A stretch of 32,000 bases of DNA from NCBI GenBank assembly GCA_023898645.1, contig CP060232.1, positions 1,080,001 to 1,112,000 of the forward strand, written 5' to 3'. The DNA comes from Candidatus Saccharimonadota bacterium (GTDB lineage: Bacteria > Patescibacteriota > Saccharimonadia > Saccharimonadales > Saccharimonadaceae). A model generated the notes under the pieces. That model worked only from the letters and a program-made list of their open reading frames with translations. It was not told the origin of the DNA and searched no databases. A program made the position numbers and the translations under genes. This document shows positions 18,700 to 25,604 of this stretch, piece after piece (position 1 is the first letter of the stretch; every line of letters starts with the position of its first letter).

Positions 18700-19092
18700 C
18701 TATATCGCAACTTTGGCTGCAATTGCCGCAAGTTCATCATGGTTCGGCTCGGCACTCATATCTGCCTGACCACGGTACTCGCTAACATTAGTAAATGGAA
18801 TTAGCTGCACATGTGCATGTGGCACGTCTACACCGATAACTTGCACGCCAACATAGGGAACGTTCATCGCTTCGCGCAACCTTGTAGCAACCTTTTTTAC
18901 AGTAGCCATCAATTGCTGATAGTCTCCGTCTTCGAGATCCCATAAAAACTCAACCTGTTTTTTCGGAACAACTAACGTATGACCCGCAACAAGAGGATGT
19001 ATATCTAAAAACGCATAGGAATTGTCGTCTTCATACACCTTATGACTTGGTAGTTCGCCTTTGATAATTTTCGTAAAGATTGAATCTTGCAT
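18700..19092 (-). CDS. HIT-family nucleotide hydrolase/transferase
   Basis: IFTKIIKGELPSHKVYEDDNSYAFLDIHPLVAGHTLVVPK, and a triad region VPHAHVQLIP (an H-x-H-x-Q variant). I chose the start at 19092 because TGGTATAAT-6 nt-ATG lies upstream. The stop abuts the rlmH start. Confidence 0.88.
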   Translation of the reverse strand: MQDSIFTKIIKGELPSHKVYEDDNSYAFLDIHPLVAGHTLVVPKKQVEFLWDLEDGDYQQLMATVKKVATRLREAMNVPYVGVQVIGVDVPHAHVQLIPFTNVSEYRGQADMSAEPNHDELAAIAAKVAI

Positions 19093-19098
19093 ATTCTC

Positions 19099-19107
19099 AT
19101 TATACCA
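19099..19107 (-). promoter_or_regulatory. Extended -10 promoter for the HIT-rlmH operon (leaderless)
   Basis: On the minus strand: TGGTATAAT, then 6 nt, then ATG(19092). Confidence 0.6.
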
Positions 19108-19164
19108 ACCTGGGTGTATGATGTGGTCAGCTTCGTTCACATATTCATAACCAGAACGGAAAAA

Positions 19165-19428
19165 ATGCCTGAGCAACATGTCGATTACAGAGATTTGGCT
19201 CGAGAAAAGAAACTCGAGGTCTTAGATAGCCTAGCTCACATGGCCATAAATATCGTTGCACGACACCCGGACATACTCGAGAACTCACTGCTTCAAGCGA
19301 TGGCACACAAGCACAACTATGGCTACGTTGCCTGCCTTGGACTGTTCCATGCAATCAAACAAGGTAAAATCATCCGGCGAGATGATGGCTATCATGCTCT
19401 GTTGAGAGTCGCACAGGAAGACATATAG
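19165..19428 (+). CDS. Hypothetical small protein
   Basis: 87 aa from the ATG at 19165; the ORF is open from 19087. No motif recognised. Confidence 0.4.
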   Translation: MPEQHVDYRDLAREKKLEVLDSLAHMAINIVARHPDILENSLLQAMAHKHNYGYVACLGLFHAIKQGKIIRRDDGYHALLRVAQEDI

Positions 19429-19485
19429 TAAGCCAATCGTCTAATCTGTTAAAATATTTGGAGCAACTTGTTGCAATCCATCTAA

Positions 19486-19573
19486 GGAGAGGTGCAGGAG
19501 TGGTTGAACTGGCCGCTCTCGAAAAGCGGTATGGGGCAACTCATCGAGGGTTCGAATCCCTCTCTCTCCGCCA
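19486..19573 (+). tRNA. tRNA-Ser (anticodon CGA), class II with a long variable arm, CCA encoded
   Basis: Acceptor GGAGAGG/TCTCTCC, anticodon stem CCGCT/AGCGG with loop CTCGAAA, T-arm GAGGG-TTCGAAT-CCCTC, then GCCA. A long hairpin terminator lies at 19575-19611. Confidence 0.9.
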
Positions 19574-19640
19574 TGAGAAAATGACTGGGCCTGGCGTCTA
19601 GTCTTTTTCTCATACTTGGGGTTTGAACCATCGGCGGTTC

Positions 19641-20054
19641 TCACAAATCTGTTAATCCATTGTCTGCTGCGAATTGTTCACCCTCAAGAATGCGCGTCTC
19701 TGCTTCTATTTCTTTAAAATAAGTATCTTTTACATCTTGGCTCAAATCTTCCATAATCATGCCTAATCCCGCTAGCCTATCATGCGCGTCGTTACAATCA
19801 GCCAAATACTCATTGTCATATGATTCTCGTTTATCATGATTCGCGATATGCTGTAATCGCGCCTCTGCAATTGCGACGTCCTTTATCGCGTGCATGTCCA
19901 TGGCCGTACGCACAAGACCAAGGTAGTCTTTGTCTTCATACAGTCCAAGGGCTACATAGACAAGACCGTCTGCTATAGAAATGTCACTTTCGCCATTAGA
20001 AAAGAGTTCTTTGAGTTCATGTACCGTTGGAGTTGGCACCTCATGTTTTGACAT
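19641..20054 (-). CDS. Hypothetical protein
   Basis: 137 aa. A consensus promoter lies directly upstream (20061-20088). Confidence 0.55.
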   Translation of the reverse strand: MSKHEVPTPTVHELKELFSNGESDISIADGLVYVALGLYEDKDYLGLVRTAMDMHAIKDVAIAEARLQHIANHDKRESYDNEYLADCNDAHDRLAGLGMIMEDLSQDVKDTYFKEIEAETRILEGEQFAADNGLTDL

Positions 20055-20060
20055 GGAAAT

Positions 20061-20088
20061 ATTTTATCATACAAATATAATTTGTCAA
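20061..20088 (-). promoter_or_regulatory. Sigma-70 promoter placing the TSS at the start codon (leaderless)
   Basis: On the minus strand: TTGACA-16 nt-TAAAAT-6 nt-ATG(20054). Confidence 0.65.
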
Positions 20089-20132
20089 GAGAGCTAACTT
20101 TAGCATTATTGCATCTTCAAAAGAAAAGACCC

Positions 20133-20169
20133 ATCGAAATGAGTCTCTTTTTTTGGTACACCCGATACG
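20133..20169 (-). repeat. Duplicated 3' end of tRNA-Arg (16 nt identical) plus a degenerate copy of its downstream hairpin
   Basis: TGGTACACCCGATACG at 20154-20169 is identical to 20333-20348. The preceding 25 nt match 19/25 with 20308-20332, including the hairpin. Confidence 0.8.
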
Positions 20170-20224
20170 GTATCGGCTAAAGCCTCCTCCGCTCGTTTGC
20201 TCAAGAAAATGCCACGCGCTTTCT

Positions 20225-20270
20225 TTCGCTTCACTCGCTACGCCGAACGTACTTTTGCTACGCAAAAGCT
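20225..20270 (-). pseudogene. Decayed tRNA-Arg-like fragment (anticodon arm to acceptor 3' strand)
   Basis: By-eye alignment to the intact tRNA-Arg. The 10-mer CGAACGTAC(G/T) is shared. GCTTCACTCGCTACG matches GTACACCCGATACG at 11/15. TTTTGCTACGCAAAAGC aligns with TTTGGCTCCGCAAGCCAA. No acceptor pairing remains. Confidence 0.4.
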
Positions 20271-20332
20271 ATGTTCAAATACGCAAGCAAATTAACCAAG
20301 TAAAAACGGCCATAGAAATGACCGTCTTTACT

Positions 20333-20409
20333 TGGTACACCCGATACGATTCGAACGTACGACCTTTGGCTCCGCAAGCCAACGCTCTATCCAGCTGAGC
20401 TACGGGTGC
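20333..20409 (-). tRNA. tRNA-Arg (anticodon GCG), CCA encoded
   Basis: GCACCCG-TA-GCTC-AGCTGGATA-GAGC-G-TTGGC-TTGCGGA-GCCAA-AGGTC-GTACG-TTCGAAT-CGTAT-CGGGTGT-ACCA. Confidence 0.9.
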
Positions 20410-20485
20410 ATACAGGCCTAAGGCCTATTGAACTTACCAAGTTTACCATAAATCTACAGAGGTGGCAAGGAGCAGTGTATTCCTT

Positions 20486-21190
20486 TTACAGTCGGAGCAT
20501 GCGTACTATGCGATCTATCATGTCCAAGTGCAGCTCTTTCATAGGTAGGCGAGAACCAAGCATGTCTACAATTGCCTCACCAGATTCCTCGGGGAAATAA
20601 ACTGTTATACCTGGTTGAAAACGTTGGGTTGGAATCAACATAACCGAAAATTCCTCGCCGTCACGTATAATTCCAAATGATTTGAAGTTGTCAAAATTAT
20701 GCAGTGTACTGTCTATAGTTAGACCATCGTCGTCAATGGTATACGTCAGTTCATGCGGTGGGCGTCGTGAATAAACGACAATGACAAATGCAATAACGAC
20801 AATCAGTACAGTAAACGACCATGCTTGGGTCCACACTGAAATCCCGCCCAAAATCACGATTACAGCGGCGAATAATGAAAACCATCCCGCACCTTTTTCA
20901 TGATGAATATACTCCTGCGCAGTCCATGTAACGGGTTCGCTTGATGGCTCTTCTTCGTCATAATACTCATCATCATCTTCTGGGTCGGAATCTGGATTCG
21001 GCTGAGATTCGACAGTTGGTAGTGAGGGTGGAGCGCTTTGATTAACAGATGGCTCGTCTAGAGCAGCCTGCAAGGCAGCCGGGTCCACAATGGATGACTG
21101 CACGTTACCATCAACTTGCGGTAAAGATGTCGGTTGCCCAGGTTGATCCTGATCGGGTTGATAAAACCCCTGTTGATCGTTCGGTTGCAT
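20486..21190 (-). CDS. Membrane protein with a Q/P/D-rich N-terminus, two TM helices and a C-terminal soluble domain
   Basis: 234 aa. TM segments WFSLFAAVIVILGGISVW and FTVLIVVIAFVIVVY. TGCTATACT-6 nt-ATG lies upstream. Confidence 0.6.
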   Translation of the reverse strand: MQPNDQQGFYQPDQDQPGQPTSLPQVDGNVQSSIVDPAALQAALDEPSVNQSAPPSLPTVESQPNPDSDPEDDDEYYDEEEPSSEPVTWTAQEYIHHEKGAGWFSLFAAVIVILGGISVWTQAWSFTVLIVVIAFVIVVYSRRPPHELTYTIDDDGLTIDSTLHNFDNFKSFGIIRDGEEFSVMLIPTQRFQPGITVYFPEESGEAIVDMLGSRLPMKELHLDMIDRIVRMLRL

Positions 21191-21268
21191 GGTTACAGTA
21201 TAGCATGAGCAAGATAAATTTCACTGTCTCTGTGGCTATTGAGGCCTTCCGTAACTTTTGCCAAATGA

Positions 21269-21317
21269 AAAAGAGATGCAGCCGCATCTCTTTTTCATTT
21301 GGCGGAGGAGGGAAGAT
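21269..21317 (-). repeat. Distal direct repeat (attR-like): 3'-terminal 18 nt of tRNA-Ser(GCT) plus its 31-nt downstream hairpin
   Basis: Positions 21269-21312 are 44/44 identical to 23871-23914. After one mismatch, 4 more nt match. The repeat contains TGGCGGAGGAGGG, the complement of the tRNA 3' end. Confidence 0.85.
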
Positions 21318-21501
21318 GTCGGCTCAAGCCCCCATGTTCACTTGTTCAAAAAAGTAACCCCGTTACTTCCTTCGCTTCGTTCACTACATCAAATTCCTAC
21401 TTCACCCCACTTGTGGTATGTTCTGTGAGCTCCAACAACTCCCAAAGCCATTAACTATCTCTATACCAAATATTACATTCAATATACAGTACAATAATTG
21501 C

Positions 21502-21840
21502 ATGGAAGCAATAAAAAGTCTCAATATAGCCATCAGATTTTTGCTAGAAATCTGCCTGTTGATTTCTGCTGGGTACATCGGCTACAAATTAACTAATATA
21601 CCTTACGTAAAATATGGCTTAGCAATCTCTATTCCCATATTAGTAGCCTGCATTTGGGGAATATTCATTGCACCAAAAGCGAGTTATCTACTTAACGTGC
21701 CGTACAGGATCTTCGTCGAAATCGTTTTGTTTGGACTAACGTGCGTTCTTCTAGCACTATATGGAAAGATTGGACCTGCAATAGCCCTGGGGTTGGCTTT
21801 CAGCGTAAATGAAATGTTATTACTATACTGGAAACAATAA
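21502..21840 (+). CDS. Small 4-TM membrane protein, YrdB/DUF2568-like
   Basis: 112 aa from the ATG at 21502 (MEAIKSLNIAIRFLLEICLLISAGYIGYKL...). The stop abuts the ATG of the next gene (TAAATG). Confidence 0.55.
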   Translation: MEAIKSLNIAIRFLLEICLLISAGYIGYKLTNIPYVKYGLAISIPILVACIWGIFIAPKASYLLNVPYRIFVEIVLFGLTCVLLALYGKIGPAIALGLAFSVNEMLLLYWKQ

Positions 21841-22290
21841 ATGGAATTGCCTGAAAACGCTCCTGTACGGCGCAGACAAAGCATCGAGGTGTATGCCTCG
21901 GTGCATCTTGTGTGGTCCCTAATGTCAGAAATTGAACAGTGGCCCAAGTGGAATACCGACATAAAATCGGCGCGTCTACTAGGTAATCTGCGACCTGGAA
22001 CAACGTTCAAATGGAAGGCAGGTCCTGGAACTATCACATCTACAATTGAAGCGGTAGAACCGGAAAAGATGATTGGTTGGTCTGGAAAACTTCCGGGTAT
22101 TTTAGCCGTGCATATTTGGCGAATTGAAGGTAACAACAAGAAAGTTGTTGTTACGACCGAGGAATCATGGAGCGGAATCGTCCCAAAGTTATTCAGAAAA
22201 TACAGCGAACAGACGCTTGAAAAAGCGATTAACGACGGGTTATTGCTACTGAAACACGCTGCAGAGAATCAATATCATAGTCATTCATAA
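21841..22290 (+). CDS. SRPBCC-superfamily (polyketide cyclase/dehydrase-like) ligand-binding protein
   Basis: 149 aa. SIEVYASVHLVWSLMSEIEQWPKWNTDIKSARLL...TFKWKAGPG...IEAVEPEKMIGWSG is typical of Polyketide_cyc2-type SRPBCC proteins. Confidence 0.75.
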   Translation: MELPENAPVRRRQSIEVYASVHLVWSLMSEIEQWPKWNTDIKSARLLGNLRPGTTFKWKAGPGTITSTIEAVEPEKMIGWSGKLPGILAVHIWRIEGNNKKVVVTTEESWSGIVPKLFRKYSEQTLEKAINDGLLLLKHAAENQYHSHS

Positions 22291-22345
22291 ATATTCGAAG
22301 CTAGAAGTGTGACCGCTCCTCATTACGTACACCCGTTGTCCTGTT

Positions 22346-22954
22346 TTATCGAATAAATCTCAGCGCAGGAATTATTAAAAGCCAGCTAAATTTTGCTATA
22401 TCAGCATTAAATAGAGCAATCACTATCGAGATCAAAAATATAGCACCCATCGCTAAAGAACTGAATAGGCCGTTACGTATAGTCTGCTCTGCAATATTCG
22501 CACTAAGAAACTTCTTTTTTACGGCATATTGCCAACTCACAAAAGAAATCAATTCAATAACAACGAACGTTGACGCATACAATATCGTGGCCACTTTAGT
22601 GTCTGATTCACTCAATAGAGCTGTTGGGAACGGAATAAATGCGACAAAAAGCAATAAGACAAGATTCGACATCATAAAAACTCGGTCATATTGCACAAGA
22701 GCACGGTATTTTCTTACGTGTACCGACCAGATTGCACCAATGACAAGAAAGCTCAATACATAGGAAAAGAAACTGGGGATTATCGCTATAAGACCGCTCA
22801 GCACTGATGATTCAGAACTAAGGTCAACGTTTTCGGGTAAATGAATTTCAAGCGCAAGCAAGGTGATTGCGATTGCAAATACGGCATCACTGAAGAATAC
22901 GAATCTATCCACCCCTATTCTTGTCTGTTCCTCTGCAGATAACGACATCGACAT
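22346..22954 (-). CDS. TMEM175/DUF1211-family putative potassium channel
   Basis: Signature RFVFFSDAVFAIAITLLALEI (R-x3-FSD-x3-A-x3-TLL) near the N-terminus, and six predicted TM helices. Confidence 0.78.
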   Translation of the reverse strand: MSMSLSAEEQTRIGVDRFVFFSDAVFAIAITLLALEIHLPENVDLSSESSVLSGLIAIIPSFFSYVLSFLVIGAIWSVHVRKYRALVQYDRVFMMSNLVLLLFVAFIPFPTALLSESDTKVATILYASTFVVIELISFVSWQYAVKKKFLSANIAEQTIRNGLFSSLAMGAIFLISIVIALFNADIAKFSWLLIIPALRFIR

Positions 22955-23772
22955 TAAGCAGCACTCCGGTACGTCAATTCTCGGTCTTTCATAACGGATT
23001 TATTAAATGCGCTCGTTCGTATAACGCTCAGAGCGACAACGACTTGAATCAAAACGAATAACCAAAATAGCGTTTTGTCACCGGACATAACGCCCGTATA
23101 TGCAATCGATACGTCTGTAACAGCGTGAAATATAGCAACTAATAGAACGCTGCCTCGAGAATTATTAAACACCCACGACGTAAGTATAGATGTCGCAATA
23201 GCGGAAATAAGAAAGCCCACAAATGGTAGATTTGCCTGAAACGAGTCCGCAATCATAAACAATGGTATGTGCCAAAGGCCCCAGAGCAGCCCTAAAATCA
23301 AACTTGCGTTTAATGGAGTAAACTTTTTTTGCAACCGTGGTAACGCAAAACCACGCCAAGCCGTTTCTTCTGTAATAAGAAACAACCACCATTCAATTAA
23401 GAAAACAAGAAGGAGGCTCGAAGTGGTAATATCTGTGGCAAAATGTTTATTTTCACCGCCAAACAGATAATATATGAGCAAAGCGACAATAGAAATTATC
23501 GGAACCACCACCAAAGAAATGACATACCAAACTGGTTTTACTCTGAATCGCACAAGTCGTTTCAATAAATCAATGACAGCCACCTTTCCTCCACTTAATG
23601 CCGCGACGCCATATGTCGCTATTGTTAAGCCGAACCAAAAGGCAAGTGACTGTGGAATGTGCCATGTCAATAACTTGTTTTGTTGCGCTACACTCGTGCC
23701 CCACACAAGCCATGGAAGCAAATAAGCCATCCCGAAAAAAATAATAAGTGGGTGTTTTTTTATTATGTTCAT
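22954..23772 (-). CDS. CPBP-family intramembrane glutamic endopeptidase (CAAX protease / Abi-like)
   Basis: Motifs EETAWRGF (EExxxR), LWGLWH and FHAVTD. The protein is polytopic. Its stop overlaps the start of the next gene (TAATG). Confidence 0.85.
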   Translation of the reverse strand: MNIIKKHPLIIFFGMAYLLPWLVWGTSVAQQNKLLTWHIPQSLAFWFGLTIATYGVAALSGGKVAVIDLLKRLVRFRVKPVWYVISLVVVPIISIVALLIYYLFGGENKHFATDITTSSLLLVFLIEWWLFLITEETAWRGFALPRLQKKFTPLNASLILGLLWGLWHIPLFMIADSFQANLPFVGFLISAIATSILTSWVFNNSRGSVLLVAIFHAVTDVSIAYTGVMSGDKTLFWLFVLIQVVVALSVIRTSAFNKSVMKDRELTYRSAA

Positions 23773-23870
23773 TCTTGATTTCCCTTATGTTACAACATTA
23801 GTATACACAAGTTTAAAATATGGGCTCAAGGCGGCTTGCTGGAGTTTAATCTGTCCGATTCGCCAAACAG

Positions 23871-23919
23871 AAAAGAGATGCAGCCGCATCTCTTTTTCAT
23901 TTGGCGGAGGAGGGGAGAT
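23871..23919 (-). repeat. Proximal direct repeat (attL-like) overlapping the 3' end of the intact tRNA-Ser(GCT)
   Basis: See 21269-21317. Confidence 0.85.
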
Positions 23920-23994
23920 TCGAACTCCCGCTACAGGTCTCCCCGTACTAACGATTTAGCAAACCGTCCCCTTCAGCCACTTGGGTACTCCTCC
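23902..23994 (-). tRNA. tRNA-Ser (anticodon GCT), class II, CCA encoded
   Basis: Acceptor GGAGGAG/CTCCTCC, anticodon stem ACGGT/ATCGT with loop TTGCTAA, long variable arm, T-arm GGGAG-TTCGAAT-CTCCC, then GCCA. Confidence 0.9.
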
Positions 23995-24092
23995 GTATTT
24001 GGCTTGAAATATTGCTCTCGCAATTCCTTGGGACTCGATAGATTATAGCATAGTGTAAGGGGTCGGACTAGCCCTTGTGTGTTCTACGTCTA

Positions 24093-24121
24093 TTGACTTT
24101 ATGCTTATTTATTGGTATAGT
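24093..24121 (+). promoter_or_regulatory. Sigma-70 promoter placing the TSS at the start codon of pilin paralog P1 (leaderless)
   Basis: TTGACT-17 nt-TATAGT-6 nt-ATG(24128). Confidence 0.65.
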
Positions 24122-24127
24122 ATTAAT

Positions 24128-24550
24128 ATGAAGACAAAGGTTTTCTTGGGAGTACCAATCATTGCTACTATTTTGGTGGCTAGCTTAGTATTTACCCAAG
24201 ATACTCATGCAGTTAGCCTCAGTATATCTGCCGGCGCCAGTGCTGCAAAGGGTACGGATCAAGCAGCTAATTTATTCGGTCAGACAGGTATGTTTCGTAC
24301 TATAACCAACGTACTGCTATATCTCATTGGTGCCATAAGCGTCATTATGCTTATCATAGGTGGACTACGATACGTTGTGTCTGGTGGAGACAGTACTGCC
24401 GTACAAAATGCGAAAAATACGATTCTTTACGCCATTGTCGGTATCGTCGTTGCAATTTTGGCATATGCTATCGTCAGTTTTGTTATTTCATCGTTCACAG
24501 GAGTAGGTGGCGGAGCTGGTGGTGGTGGAGTTGCGCCGACTAATACGTAA
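24128..24550 (+). CDS. TrbC/VirB2-like T4SS pilin-family protein, paralog P1
   Basis: Signal peptide MKTKVFLGVPIIATILVASLVFTQDTHA, then the two-helix core NVLLYLIGAISVIMLIIGGLRYVVSGGDSTAVQNAKNTILYAIVGIVVAILAYAIVSFV and a Gly-rich tail. It resembles the Pfam T4SS_pilin family as I remember it. Confidence 0.8.
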   Translation: MKTKVFLGVPIIATILVASLVFTQDTHAVSLSISAGASAAKGTDQAANLFGQTGMFRTITNVLLYLIGAISVIMLIIGGLRYVVSGGDSTAVQNAKNTILYAIVGIVVAILAYAIVSFVISSFTGVGGGAGGGGVAPTNT

Positions 24551-24700
24551 TTATTTAAGTAATGTATGTAAACTTTTCCAGCATTTCGCTACACTGCGCC
24601 GAAAACTCATAGTTGCATCGGCTAAAGCCGCTGCCCGCAAGCTCTAATCAAGCCCGAACAGACAAGAAAATAGACCAGGCATTTGCCTGGTCTATTTTCT

Positions 24701-24788
<88 letters not shown>

Positions 24789-24830
24789 TTGTTAAAATGT
24801 GCTTCAGCAATAATAGCAGATTTACCCCTG

Positions 24831-25499
24831 TTAGTCGAGAGTTTGACGACTAATTGAGGCAACCCAAACCTTACCAGCACCAGCATCAAGTAAAGTCTGG
24901 GCTGCGTATTTCACGGTCGCCCCAGTTGTAATGACATCATCTATAAGTAGATATGTTGCATTTGGATCTAACTTTTTACGGCAGACAAATGCAGACTTTG
25001 CTTGTGACACACGCTCCCGCACTCCCATGCCGCGCTGTGTTGTATTTGTAGCACGACTCAGCGACAAATCGACAGACAGCTTTCGTAAGCCACTAAACTT
25101 TCGCGCTACTAATAGCATGTGGTCGTAACCCCTTTGGCGAATATGAGAACCAACTGTAGGTACGGGAACAATAATTGTATTTTTCGGTAATTCAGGCAAA
25201 TGGGAATGAAGTAGGTCAGCGAGCGGGCCATGTGCTGCTCGCGTGTTACTAAACTTGAAGTCATTTATCAGACTTTCAAGATGATCACGACGGTCGGCGA
25301 CACACCAGGCGCGCTCATATGGCACACGACATACTCCACATAAACCACTTGCTGGCGCCAGTTGCTTGCCACAGCCCACACACGCAGAGAAAGGTTCGCT
25401 TATGATGTCATATTTACAATTATCACATAGCATGGTGCCAATTATTCCGCATCCGGAACAGTGGTGGGGAGCGATAATTGATAGTAGTTGGTCAATCAT
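24831..25499 (-). CDS. comF: ComF-family competence protein (phosphoribosyltransferase domain with N-terminal Cys-rich zinc-ribbon-like region)
   Basis: CSGC...CDNC and CVGC...CGVC pairs, plus the PRTase motif YLLIDDVITTGATV. Confidence 0.85.
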   Translation of the reverse strand: MIDQLLSIIAPHHCSGCGIIGTMLCDNCKYDIISEPFSACVGCGKQLAPASGLCGVCRVPYERAWCVADRRDHLESLINDFKFSNTRAAHGPLADLLHSHLPELPKNTIIVPVPTVGSHIRQRGYDHMLLVARKFSGLRKLSVDLSLSRATNTTQRGMGVRERVSQAKSAFVCRKKLDPNATYLLIDDVITTGATVKYAAQTLLDAGAGKVWVASISRQTLD

Positions 25500-25604
25500 T
25501 GTGATTTTTACGTTTTGACGGCTTGTCCGGTTGATTATATCACCGCTACTGGTTATACTGTAGGGGACAAGTTGTCAAGAGCCTAGAGAAAGTGGAGGAT
25601 ATTT

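Larger units (their letters stand above)
21269..23919. mobile_element. Candidate tRNA-Ser(GCT)-associated integrated segment or island remnant (no integrase present)
   Basis: 44-bp perfect direct repeats include the tRNA 3' end and bracket 2.55 kb carrying four accessory-type genes. Sampled lines in the segment look more AT-rich than the flanks; this was not computed. Confidence 0.4.

Noticed and set aside
19441-19644. 67-aa minus-strand ORF
   Set aside because: It overlaps tRNA-Ser(CGA) and its terminator on the opposite strand.
20041-20398. ORFs 20041-20265 (-) and 20153-20398 (+)
   Set aside because: They span tRNA-Arg, the decayed tRNA-like copy and terminator hairpins. The weak peptide-level resemblance between the 20.2 kb and 21.3 kb modules is broken by an in-frame stop in the second copy.
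21684-22139. 151-aa and 67-aa minus-strand ORFs
   Set aside because: They are antisense to the DUF2568-like and SRPBCC genes, which have clear family signatures.
23765-24048. ORFs 23765-23959 and 23836-24048 (+)
   Set aside because: They read through tRNA-Ser(GCT) and the att-like repeat.
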